Positions 39,727 through 52,967 of a DNA stretch of 64,000 nucleotides are shown here, piece by piece (the first letter of the stretch is position 1; the number at the start of each line of letters is the position of its first letter). This DNA comes from the human T2T-CHM13v2.0 reference genome, Homo sapiens, in the NCBI RefSeq assembly GCF_009914755.1, contig NC_060929.1. One strand, written 5' to 3'. The notes under the pieces were generated by a model, which worked only from the letters and a program-made list of their open reading frames with translations, had not been told where the DNA came from and did not search any database. The translations under genes and the position numbers were made by a program.

Positions 39727-39815
39727 ACAAGAAATATTTTATATATATATATAAATTTATATATATATATAAAATATTTCTTGTCCCTGTTTTCATATAT
39801 ATGAAAACAGGGACA
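39727..39815. repeat. Two overlapping perfect palindromes (58 bp and 34 bp)
   Basis: 39727-39784 and 39782-39815 are each exactly self-complementary by base-by-base check. Confidence 0.95.
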
Positions 39816-41098
39816 TTATAGGATGATAAAGTGGTAAATTAACCAAGAATACATAACAATCCTAATTATGTACTTACCTAACCAAGAGTTTCAAAATACA
39901 TGAAGCAAAAATGATAGACCTGAATAGAAACATACAAACCCACAATTACAGTTACACCTCAACAGTCCTCAATAAATGATAGAAAAAATAGAGAAAAAAT
40001 AAATAAGGATACAGAAGACCTGAACAACACTATCAACCAACTTTACCTAGTTGACATTTAAAGAGCATTCAACTAAACAACAGCAGAATACACATTCTTT
40101 TCAAGTGCACATGAAACATTCATCAAGCTAAATCATATTCTTGGTCATAAAACAATCCTCAACAAATTTAAAATAACTGAAAGCACACAAAGTATGTTAT
40201 CTGACCACAACAGAATAAAATTAGAATAACAGAAATATCTGGAAAATCCCCAAATATTTGTGAAATAAGCAACATGCTTCTAAATAACTCATGAGTCAAA
40301 GTGGAAGTCATAAAGGAAATTAGAAAACATTCTGAGTTGCATTTACATGTAGGGACAACATATCATACTTGTGTGATGACCTTGGCCAAGTGATCAAAGT
40401 TTACTTCATCAGTCACGTTCCCCTAAAATTATGCAACATGAAGGGTACATTCTTCCCTCAAATTGATAACTTTGGTGTAATCATAAGAAAACATCAGAAA
40501 AATCTAAGTTGGTGGCCCTTCTATAAAACATATGACTCTTAATAACCATCAAGGTCTTTAAAAATAAGGAAAGAATAAATGAAAGAGACATGATGACTAG
40601 ATGCACTGTGGTATTTTGGGTTGGATCCTAGAACAAAAAAAGGACATTAGTAGAAAAGTTGGTTAAATCTGAATAAAGTCTGGATCTTAAGGTAATAGTA
40701 ATATATCAATGTTAATTTTTCAGTTTTGAAAAATGTACCATGGTTATGTAAGTTATTAACATTAGAGGAAATGATGAAATATATGAGAGAACTCTATATT
40801 CTATTTAAAACTATTACATAAATCTAAAATTTATCCCAATATAAGAATTTTTTTTTCAAATTTTGGCACAATATAGTCAAAACAATGCTTACAAGAAAAT
40901 GTAGATTATTAAATGTTTTTATGAAAAGTTTCCAGTCAATAACCTAACCTGCTACTCTAAGAGCCTAGAAAAAGAACAACAAATTAAACGCAAAGCAAGT
41001 AGAAGGAAAAAATTTATGTAGAAGGGCAGAAATCAATGAAATATGACAAAGAGACACAATAGAGAAAATCTGTGAAACCAAAGGTTAACTCCTTGAAA

Positions 41099-42803
41099 GG
41101 TGAAAGACCTCTACAAGGAAAACTATAAAACACTGCTGAAAGAAATCATAGATGGCACAAACAAATGGAAACAGATCCCATGCTCATGGATGGGTAGAAT
41201 CAACATTGTGAAAATGACCATACCACCAAAAGCAATCTACAAAGTCAATGCAATTCCCATTAAAATACCATCATCATTCTTCACAGAACTAGAAAAAACA
41301 ATCCTAAAATTCATATGAAACCAAAAAAGAGCCTCCACAGCCAAAGCAAGACTAAGCAAAAAGAACAATCTGGAGGCATCACATTATCTGACTTCAAACT
41401 ATACTATAAGGCCATAATCACCAAAACAGCTTGGTATTTAGTATAAAAACAGGCACATAGACCAATGGAACAGATTGCAGAATCCAGAAATAAAGACAAA
41501 TACTTACAGCCAACTGATCTTCGACAAAGCAAACAAAAATATAAGGTGGAGAAAGGACACCCTATTCAACAAATGGTGCTGAGATAACTGACAAGCCACA
41601 TGTAGAAGAATGAAACCAGATCCTCATCTCTCACCTTATACAAAAATCAACAAGATGGATCAAAGGCTTAAATCCAAGACCTGAAACCATAAAGATTCTA
41701 GATGATAACATTGAAAAAATCCTTCTAGACACTGACTAGAAGGCAAAAACTTCATGACCAAGAACCCAAAAGCAAACAAACAAACAAAAAAAAAGATAAA
41801 CAGATGGGACTTAACTAAAAAGCTTCTCCACTGCAAAAGAAATAATCAGCAGAGTTAACAGACAACCCACAGAGTGGGAGAAAATCTTCACAATCTACAC
41901 ATCCAACAAAGGACTAATATCCAGAATCTACAAGGAACTCAAACAAATTAGCAAGAACAAAACAATCCCATCAGAAAGTGGACTAAGGACATGAATAGAC
42001 AATTCTCAAAAGAAGGTACAGAAATGGCCAACAGACATATTAAAAAAAATGCTCAACATCACTAATGATCAAGGAAATGCAAATCAAAACCACCATATGA
42101 TACCACCTCACTCCTGAAAGAATGGCCATAATCAAAATATCAAAAAATAATAGATGTTGGTGTGGATGCAGTGAAAACGGAGCACTTTTACACTGTTGGT
42201 GGGAATGTAAACTAGTACAACCACTATAGAAAACAATGTGGAGATTCCTTAAAGAACTAAGTACAACCACTATGGAAAACAGTGTGGAGATTCCTTAAAG
42301 AACTAAACGTAGATCTACCATTTGATCCAGAAATCCCACTCTTGGGTATCCACCCAGAGGAAAAGAAGTCATTATACAAAAAAGATACTTGCACATGCAT
42401 ATTTATAGTAGCACAAGACATATGAAAATAAATCATATGATGGAATACTACTCAGGCATAAAAAATGAACACAATAATGGCATTCTCAGCAACCTGGATG
42501 GAATTGGAGACCATTATTCTAAGTGAAGTAAATCAGGAATAGAAAACCAAACATCGTATGTTCTAACTCATAAGTAGGAGCTAAGCTATAAGGATGCAAA
42601 GCAAAAGAATGATATAATACAATGAACTTTGGGGATTCGGGGGTAAGTGAGAAGGGATGAGGAATAAAAGGCTACACATTGGATACAGTGTACACTGCTT
42701 GGGTGACAAGTGCACCAAAATCTCAAAAATCACCACTAAAGAACTTACTCATTTAACCAAACACCACCTGTTCCCCAAAAACCTATTGAAAATTTTTTTA
42801 AAA
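41099..42803 (+). mobile_element. 5'-truncated L1PB
   Basis: TSD GTTAACTCCTTGAAA at 41084-41098 and 42804-42818; L1PB 3'UTR (CACCAAAATCTCAAAAATCACCACTAAAGAAC). Confidence 0.9.
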
Positions 42804-43350
42804 GTTAACTCCTTGAAAAGATCAATTAAAGAAGCTTCTAGTCAAACTGATATTGAAAAAAAGAAGAAACAAATTGCTTATATCAGGAATCAAAGAAGGA
42901 CTATCACAGATTTCTCTGACATTAATATATTTAACAACTTGGATGAAACAAACACATTCCTTGAAAGACACAAACTACCAAAAGCTCATTCAAGAAGAAA
43001 TAATATGAACGATCCCATGCTTATTAAAGTATATTCCAACAAAGAAAATTCCAGCACAAATGGGTCCATTTAGTGAATTCTACCAAGTAAGTAAGAAATA
43101 CTAGCAATTCTATATAAACTATTCTGGAAACTAGAAGAGAATGGAATAGTTCCCAACTCATGAGGTGAGCATTGCCCTGATAACAAAACCAGAGAAAGAC
43201 AATATAGAAAAAGAAAATTAAAGAGCAATATACCTCATGTACATAGATTTTAAAATCTGCAAGAAAAACATTAGTAAGTTGAATCCATCAATACATCAGA
43301 CAGATAAGACATCATGATCGAATAAAGTTTTTAATCCCAAGAATGCAAGG

Positions 43351-43594
43351 TAGAAGCTACAGTAAGTGATCCAGAAGACCTAGCTAAGATCCCTGATGAA
43401 GGTGGCTATACTAAACAACAGATTTTCAATGCAGATGAAACACTCTTCCATTGGAAGAAGGTGCCATCTAGGACTTTCATAGCTAGAGAGATGTCAATGC
43501 CTGGCTTCAACGGACAGGCTCTCTTGTTATTGTGATATTCACTTTATTATGGTGGTCGAGAACTGAACCTGCAATAGCTCTGAGGTATGCCTAT
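43351..43594 (+). mobile_element. Tigger1 internal fragment plus 3' terminal inverted repeat
   Basis: CCAGAAGACCTAGCTAAGATC...GGCTATACTAAACAACAGATTTTCAATG; end GAACCTGCAATAGCTCTGAGGTATGCCT. Confidence 0.8.
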
Positions 43595-43840
43595 ATTTCT
43601 GTGTGAAGTATGGCAGTTAGAAATGAGGCATTTTGGCCCCTGTTGAGATGTTCTAAATAAAATGTTTTATAAAGTATGACAGTAGAAGTGATACAAGTTT
43701 TTTCAAATAAGCTTGCCTCTTCCATCCCTTGACTATTTCCAAAGAAGGCACTGCTCTCAAGGGATGATCTAGTAAGGGCTAAATGAGTATTGATAAAAAA
43801 AATACTTAACATAAAAAATAGTAGATTTATGTATTTAAAT

Positions 43841-44004
43841 ATTTAAATATAGGCAATTTTTCAGCTATTTCATTTAAACATAGGCAATATATTTATTTTA
43901 TTCAAATAAAAGGCAATTCTTTAAATATAGGTGATTCTTTTAGTATTTAAATACAGGCAATTCTTTTAATATTTAAATACAGGCAATTCTTTTCAGCTAT
44001 TTTA
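43841..44004 (+). repeat. Degenerate AT-rich minisatellite
   Basis: About 6 copies of core TTTAAATAYAGGCAATT with variable spacers. Confidence 0.8.
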
Positions 44005-44699
44005 ACATTCATGCATAGCATATGTCATTTGCTGAAAAGAAAAGCAAATTCAAACAGCTGAAAAAGTTCTGGTTAGTGACACTGATTATTTGAAATGTAA
44101 CAAGGTGTCATAGAAAAAGACATCCTTCTAAAAGCAATTTTAACTACATAAATTTCTGAAAACCACCAACAAAGAAAAAAAGTACCCATTATTTATGCCT
44201 ACGTTGTAACTGGGAAACACAGAATAGTACAAATTTCTGTTTTCTTAGAAGTGAATAAATAAATATTAAATGTCAGCAGAGTACTCCAGTGACAACTATG
44301 CAAAGAACCAGTCTGGGACTGCAGAAAGAGTAAATGATGCAGTGTGCTTTTAATGTGGTGTAACATATATATCATCTAAGGTCCTGCTTTCAGAGGAAAA
44401 GGGCTCCACCCTGAGTGGAAAAGTACAGAGAGAACATCTGAGACTTAGTGCATCAGAGGACTGGCTTATGGATATTTTAAACACAAGAGCTTGTAAAGCA
44501 CACAGAGATAGTATAAGGAAGGCACTGTTCCTGGGGTGAAAGAGGAACCATGAAAAGTGAACTGTCCTTTGGAGGTGTGGTGGTGAAGAGAATGAAGTGG
44601 CTGAGAGTAAGAGCCCTATTAAAATTATACATTAAGAAACAATTTGAAGAAGACATACCATAAAAGTACCTTTAATTGAAAAAACTGCATTTCACTATA

Positions 44700-46700
<2,001 letters not shown>

Positions 46701-46704
46701 CCCA

Positions 46705-49085
46705 GCATGGTACTAGCATAAAAATAGAACAGCAACAAGAACCTAGAAATAAATTCATATATTTACAGCCAACTGATTTTCAACAAAGATGCCAAAACAG
46801 TACTGGGGAAGGAATAGCCTCTTAAATAAATGGTACTGGGAAAACAGAATATCCACATGCAGAATAACGAAACTAGACCCCTCTCTTTCACCACATGCAA
46901 AGATCAACTCAAAATGAATGAACTACTTTAATGTAAGACCCCAAATTATGAAACTACGAGAAGAAAATATTGGGGAAACACTTCTAGACATTTGGTCTGG
47001 GCAAAGTTTTTTTTGTTTTGTTTTGTTTTTTTCACCAAGACTTACTTTTATTTATATTTTTATTCTTTTTTTATTATACTTTAAGTTCTAGGGTACATGT
47101 GCACAACGTGCAGGTTTGTTACATAGGTATACATGTGCCATGTTTGTTTGCTGCACCCATCAACTCATCATTTACATTAGGTATTTCTCCTACTAATGCT
47201 ATCCCTCCCCCAGCCCCCCACCCCATGATAGGCCCCAGAGTGTGATGTTCCTCTCCCTGTGTCTATGTGTTCTCATTGTTCAACTCCCACCTATGAGTGA
47301 GAACATGCAGTGTTTGATTTTCTGTCCTTGCGATAGTTTGCTGAGAATGATGGTTTCCAGCTTCATCCATGTCCCTACAAAGGACATGAACTCATCCCTT
47401 TTTTATGGCTGCATAGTATTCCATGGTGTATATGTGCCACATTTTCTTAATCCAGTCTATCATTGATGGACATTTGGGTTAGTTCCAAGTCTTTGCTATT
47501 GTGAATAGCGCCGCAATAAACATATGTGTGCATGTGTCTTTATAGTAGCATGATTTATAGTCCTTTGGGTATATACCCAAGTAATGGGATGGCTGGGTCA
47601 AATGGTATTTCTTCTAGATCCTTGAGGAATCGCCACACTCTCTTCCACAATGGTTGGACTAATATACACTCCCACCAACAGTGTAAAAGCGTTCCTATTT
47701 CTCCACATCCTCTCCAGCATCTGTTGTTTCCTGACATTTTAATGATTGCCATTCTAACTGGCGTGAGATGGTATCTCACTGTGATTTTGATTTGTATTTC
47801 TCTGATGACCAGTGATGATGAGTATTTTTTCATATGTCTGTTGGCTGCATAAATGTCTTCTTTTGAGAAGTGTCTGTTCATATCCTTTGGGCAAAGATTT
47901 TTATGGCAAGGATCTCTTTTGTGCACAGGCAACAAAAGCAAAAATAAACAAATGAGATTATATCAAACAAAAAAACCTTCTCCACAGCAAAGGAAACAAT
48001 CAACAGAGTGAAGAGACAACCTGCAGAATGGGAGGAAATATTTGCAAACTATTCATCTGACAAGGAATTGATAGCCAGAATATGCAAAGAACTCAAACAA
48101 CTCAATAGCAAAAAATAATAATAATCCGATTAAAAAATAAGCAAATAAGCTGAACAGACATCTTAAAAGAAGACATAGAAATGGCCAACAGGTATATGAA
48201 AAAATGCTCAACATCACTAATCATCAGGCAAATGCAAACCAAAACCACAATAAGATATTTTCTCACACCTATTTTTAAAAAGACAAAAAATAACAAATGC
48301 TGGCAAGGCTGTGGAGAAAAGTGAACTCTTATACACTGTTGGTAGGAATGTAAATTAATAAAGCCATTATAGAAAACATTATGGAGGTTCTCAAAAAAAC
48401 TAAAATAGAACTACTTTATGATCCAGCAATCCTACCGCTAGGTACATATCCAAAGGGAAGGAAATTAGTATGTCAAAGAAATATCTGCAATCCCATGTTT
48501 ATTGTAGCACTCTTCACAATAGCCAAGGTATGGAATCAACGTAAGTGTCCATTAACATGAATGGATAAAGAGAATCTGGTATATATATATGAAATATTAT
48601 TTAACCACAAAAAGAATGAAATTCTCTCATTTACAGCAACATGGATGAGCCTGGAGGACATTATGTTAAGGGAAATTAAGCCAGGCAGAGAAAGATAAAT
48701 AGCACATGGTCTCACTTACATATTGAAGCTAAAAAAAATTGATTTCATAGAAGAGAATAGAATAGTGGTTACTAGAGGCAGGGAAGTATAAGAGAAAGGG
48801 TGGGATAGCCAAAGGTTGGTTAATAGATACAAATGTAAAAGCTAGATAGGAGGAATAAGCTCTAGTGTTCTATAGCACTGTAGGGTAAATATAATTAACA
48901 ATTAATTTTTTATTTTCACATATCTAGAAGAGAAGATTTTGAATGTTCACACACACACAGATAAATGTTTGAGGTGATAGATATGCTAATTACCGTGATT
49001 TAATCATTACACATTGTATATACATATCAAAATATCACACTGTACCCCATAAATATATACAATTATGTCAATTAAAAAGAAAAAG
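46705..49085 (+). mobile_element. L1MA (L1MA4/5-like) 3' portion interrupted by L1PA
   Basis: L1MA-type 3'UTR ending ...CACTGTACCCCATAAATATATACAATTATGTCAATTAAAAA. Confidence 0.85.
47007..47887 (-). mobile_element. 5'-truncated L1PA (L1PA6-like)
   Basis: TSD TGGGCAAAG at 46998-47006 and 47888-47896; 3'UTR and T-rich tail. Confidence 0.93.
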
Positions 49086-49360
49086 GCAACAAACCCTAAA
49101 AAGCCATATGCAATCTTTAAAACTAAGATAAAATGTTGAAAATTAATAAAATTTAAAGAGATTTTTAAAATTCTCATCTGAGGTACCAAATAATACATAA
49201 TGATATTTATTTCTTCTGGAGGACCAGGTCATTAAAAAATAAATCTGCTTGCAACTCTGCTACCAGCTTTTTCCTTAAGTTTCTCTAAAATAATGACAGC
49301 AAGGTAGGTCTCAGGAAGTGGCAGAGGGAAAATGTGGTGAGAACCAACTGAGAAACTTAC

Positions 49361-49528
49361 TTTGGGCTTCACAATCTCCTTCATCCTTTTGATTTCCTCC
49401 TCAGACATGACATTATAATACCTGATGATGTCCCACTCATCATCCTCTTCCAAGTGAGTGATGAGAAGCTGTGGAGCCCTCTTGCCATGGTAGTACCTAC
49501 AGAAAAGCCTCTGCTGCTTCTGTGGTGC
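49361..49528 (-). pseudogene. P4HA2-like exon relic (start of catalytic region), unprocessed paralogue of prolyl 4-hydroxylase alpha-2
   Basis: 168-nt phase 0-0 exon: acceptor TGCTCCCCAG|GCA, donor CCCAAA|GTAAGT. Translates APQKQQRLFCRYYHGKRAPQLLITHLEEDDEWDIIRYYNVMSEEEIKRMKEIVKPK versus recalled P4HA2 TPRRQKRLFCRYHHGNRAPQLLIAPFKEEDEWDSPHIVRYYDVMSDEEIERIKEIAKPK. That is 39/56 identical by hand count, with SPH deleted in frame and the same exon boundaries. Confidence 0.92.
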
Positions 49529-49914
49529 CTGGGGAGCACAGAGCAACAGGCTCTCGCTTAAGTACCAGTCTCCTCTGGCTGTAGGCACTAGCCCCACTCC
49601 TTATGCCCACCTCCTTCACCCCTCAGAACTGAAACAAAAGTCCTTTTCTTGGTTGGCACAAATGACAAACATAAACCATTCAACAGCTTCTTATCTCTCA
49701 GGAACATTCCTCCTCACATCTGCAAGCTCTATGAGGGAAGCCACCCTTACACAGGACTTGTACAACGGTAACAATTCAATTTCTATGGGGCTGGAAAGAA
49801 ACAGCGTTTCTCTTCCAGTCATCTTTCTATCATGTCCAAGGTAACTGGCTCACTCCCCTGATTGAACCTTACAGTGCTTTCTATTCTGTACATCCTTGCT
49901 ACTCCCAGTGTAGC

Positions 49915-50030
49915 AGGGAGATTGTTAGAAATACAGACTCTCAGGCTGTACTCTAACTTACTGAATCAAGATCTGTACTTTTCCAAGATTTTCAGGTGAT
50001 TCCTATGCACAATTAAGTTTGAGAACTGCC
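49915..50030. mobile_element. MER5A-like fragment
   Basis: TTGTTAGAAATACAGACTCTCAGGC...CAGGTGATTCCTATGCACAATTAAGTTTGAGAAC. Confidence 0.7.
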
Positions 50031-50933
50031 TAACAAAGCAAAATCCAAGTTCTATGTCATGATCCACCTGACCCTCCATAATACAAGCCTGCATATATTA
50101 ACATCTTGAACACCATAGTTTCCTTTTTCAAATTTTATGTTCTTCTAATAGAAAAAATTATTGCTGTTCTCAAAATACAGTGTAATTTTTTTACTGTATA
50201 TTTGCACATGAAACAGCATCAGCCTAAAACTTCTCTTACTACCACTGTCTACATGAAATTCTAATTCAAGAGTCCTTTCCTTGTGAACTCTCAATCCTCT
50301 CTGTCCTAAAGCAGAGTTAATTGCGTCTTCTGTGTTGCCACCAGACTTTGCACATACCACTACCATATTAAAATCACTGATTTACATTTTAAATTTTCCT
50401 TTAATAGACTACACTCTACCAAAGAAGGGGCATATATTAATTCATTTTTCCACATGTATCACTAGTACTGAACCAGAAACAAGTGAGTACAAAACATTAA
50501 TGCTAATCATGCCAAAATACAGGAAAAAGGAACTTTCCAAAGGCAATAAACTAACAAACTATTAAGAAAATGTCCCATGAATTAATCAAAGTGAGTGCAA
50601 TAATTCAGATATGATGAAAGACTGAGAAAATACTTAATTTTTTTCTATAGCCATTTAATAAAAAATTATCAAAAAGTAATATAAATAATGGTCTTAATGC
50701 CTAGCACCTAATTAGCCATCAATAAAAATAAGTGTTCAATATAACTGTAACACTGAGAGAGACCCAGAGGTGCATTTAAGGGCCAGGTTTGAGGACTGGA
50801 ATACTTTCTCAACCAAATCTGGCCCTTCAAAGCCAAGGTCCCAAGCATTCATATTATCAGGGGATCTGAAGGTCTCTCAAGGACCCTAAGCAGCCCTTTC
50901 AACCCCATCCACCTCCTTTCCCATTTTTACAGG

Positions 50934-51266
50934 TGTCTTTGTCTAGCCGGGCTGCTCTAACAAAATACCTTTGACTGAGTGACTTATAAACAAGAGAAAT
51001 TTATTTTTCACAGTTTTGGAGGCTCGAAGTCCAAGATGAAGGCACCCAGCAGATTCACTGTCTGGTAAGAGCCTGCTTTCTGGTTCACATATGGAGCCTT
51101 CTAGCTGTGTTCTCACATAGTGGGAGGGGTCAGGAAGCTCTCTTGGGTCTCTTTGACAAGGGCACTAATCGCCTCCCAAAAGACCTCACCTTCTAATACT
51201 ATCACCTTGCAGGTTATGATTTTGACATATGAATTCCAGGGGGACACAAACATTTAGAGCACAGCA
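50934..51266 (-). mobile_element. MaLR solo LTR (MST/MLT1A-like)
   Basis: TG...CA ends; AATGTTTGTGTCCCC...ATTCATATGT...GTATTAGAAGGTGAGG on the minus strand. Confidence 0.85.
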
Positions 51267-51268
51267 AT

Positions 51269-51464
51269 GAGTTTGATACCCTCTCCACAGCAGAGGCCCT
51301 CATAGACCTCCCAGTTTTCCAGACGGTCCAGAGAGTCCTCAAGGACACTACTCAATGTCTCCTTCTTGGTCTTTGATGCCTTGTATCCAAGCTTTCCTGC
51401 CCTTTCTTCCTCTAACAACTTCTTAAAGTTGGCAGATTCAACTAGGCTTGTTTGTGAGAGGAGT
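51269..51464 (-). pseudogene. P4HA2-like preceding exon relic, disabled
   Basis: Pyrimidine tract + GTCCAG|AC (phase 1 as in P4HA2). Reads (D)SSHKQA*LNLP/-1 frameshift/FKKLLEEERAGKLGYKASKTKKETLSSVLEDSLDRLENWEVYEGLCCGEGIKL versus recalled [23 protein letters not shown]...YLPERDVYESLCRGEGVKL. Has an in-frame TAG and a 1-bp deletion, and the donor position is occupied by AT plus an LTR. Confidence 0.85.
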
Positions 51465-51859
51465 CTGGACATTGGAAAGAAGAGAGGGTAGGAAATGGCT
51501 AGCAATCAGGGAGGTCGCTTAGAGAAGCTCTACAAATCCCTTTTTCAAACTACTGTCACAAAACCGTGTAGAATTTGAACACTGTCCAGAATTAGAATCG
51601 AAAGAGAAATAAAGATTAGGGTGGAGAAAACCCATCCCACCTTTCATCACCCACTAGTCCCAAGGTCTCTAGCACAGACAGACAGACAGTTGTCCTACCT
51701 CTCACTCACAATTCACATTCATGCGATCACATCTGCTTCCTAACATGTTTTCATGACAATGTTATGTTTTACACCGCTGACCATAGTTAAAATGTACACT
51801 AGAGTCCCAGATAACTTATACCTTCCCTGATAATTTCGACAGGTATCATCATCTCATCT

Positions 51860-52030
51860 GCCTTCACAATACCCAAGAGAAAAGTCCAGCCAATGTTTTG
51901 GTTTCCCATTCTTCAGATAAGAAAACTGATTCCCAAAGTAATCAAGGAACTTAGGTCAAGGTCATATAGAAAAAGAGGGGCAGATCAGAATTGGAGCCTA
52001 GACGTCTAACTCCTAGTCCAAGGCTCTTAC
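51860..52030 (-). mobile_element. MIR
   Basis: CCCATTCTTCAGATAAGAAAACTGA...CAAGGTCATATAG. Confidence 0.65.
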
Positions 52031-52189
52031 CAAATAATTGAAGGAATTTACAAAGCTTATTTTTTACAGCAGTCATGAAGGATTCTCCCATGCTAGCCAA
52101 AGTCAAAGACAGGACCCTGGCAATAGTGTCAACAGAAGAAAGATTTTCCTAACATGAGTTAGCGCAGCAAAGTCTAAGAGTGTGAAATC

Positions 52190-52490
52190 AGCCGGTCATG
52201 GTGGCTCACACCTGTAATCCCAGCATTTTGGGAGGCTGAGGCAGGCAGATCACCTGACATCAAGAGTTCGAGACCAGCCTAGCCATCATGGTGAAACCCT
52301 GTCCCTACTAAAAATACAAAATTAGCAGGGCATGGTGGCGGATGCTTGTAATCCCAGCTACTCAGGAGGCTGGGGCAGGAGAATCACTTGAACCCAGGAG
52401 GAGGAGGTTGCAGTGAGCCGAAATCATGCTACTGCACTCAAGCCGGGGTGACAGAGCAAGACTGTCTCAAAAAAAAAAAAAAAAAAGGAA
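52190..52490 (+). mobile_element. AluS
   Basis: TSD AAGAGTGT(G/A)AAATC at 52176-52189 and 52491-52504. Confidence 0.95.
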
Positions 52491-52967
52491 AAGAGTGTAA
52501 AATCTTCCCAAGATTATCTAAAACAGGTTTTTATGATGGTATAACTAAAAGAAAACATATTGCAGTCAAATTAGAAGTTGCCCTTTGGTCAGCTACAGTG
52601 ATTATAAAATTATAAATCCAGCATTTGAGTACATTTCCCTGAGCTCTCACAGTACTCTGAACATCCATTTTATGACTTGCCACACAATCAACTGAAGATG
52701 TCTGTTTAAATATCTAGTCTACCACCACCATCCCCAAATAGACCATAAGATATTCTGGACACACGCCATAAATGTTTCACTTTTTTGCTTAGTACAGCAT
52801 CCTAGTATGTAACAGATGTTAATAAGTTTACTGAATTCAATAAAAATGAGGTGACTCTGTAGTATCCCCATTTGTTGGTTGTCTACTTTATGCCAGAACA
52901 TCTCCTTGGATAGAAATGGAGTGTACTACCTGTCAAGCAGTTCCTTCCACTTTTTGGCAGTTAAGAT

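Larger units (their letters stand above)
39640..43350 (+). mobile_element. Old L1M ORF2 with nested L1MC-type 3' end (about 40340-40860) and L1PB
   Basis: Degenerate endonuclease/RT-coding phrases (ACAGCAGAATACACATTCTTTTCAAGTGCACATG; CTTGAAAGACACAAACTACCAAA). Confidence 0.7.

Noticed and set aside
52630-52730. Short matches to the P4HA2 VLDY...FQL...ELT exon
   Set aside because: Spacing is inconsistent with the reference exon and not distinguishable from chance by eye.
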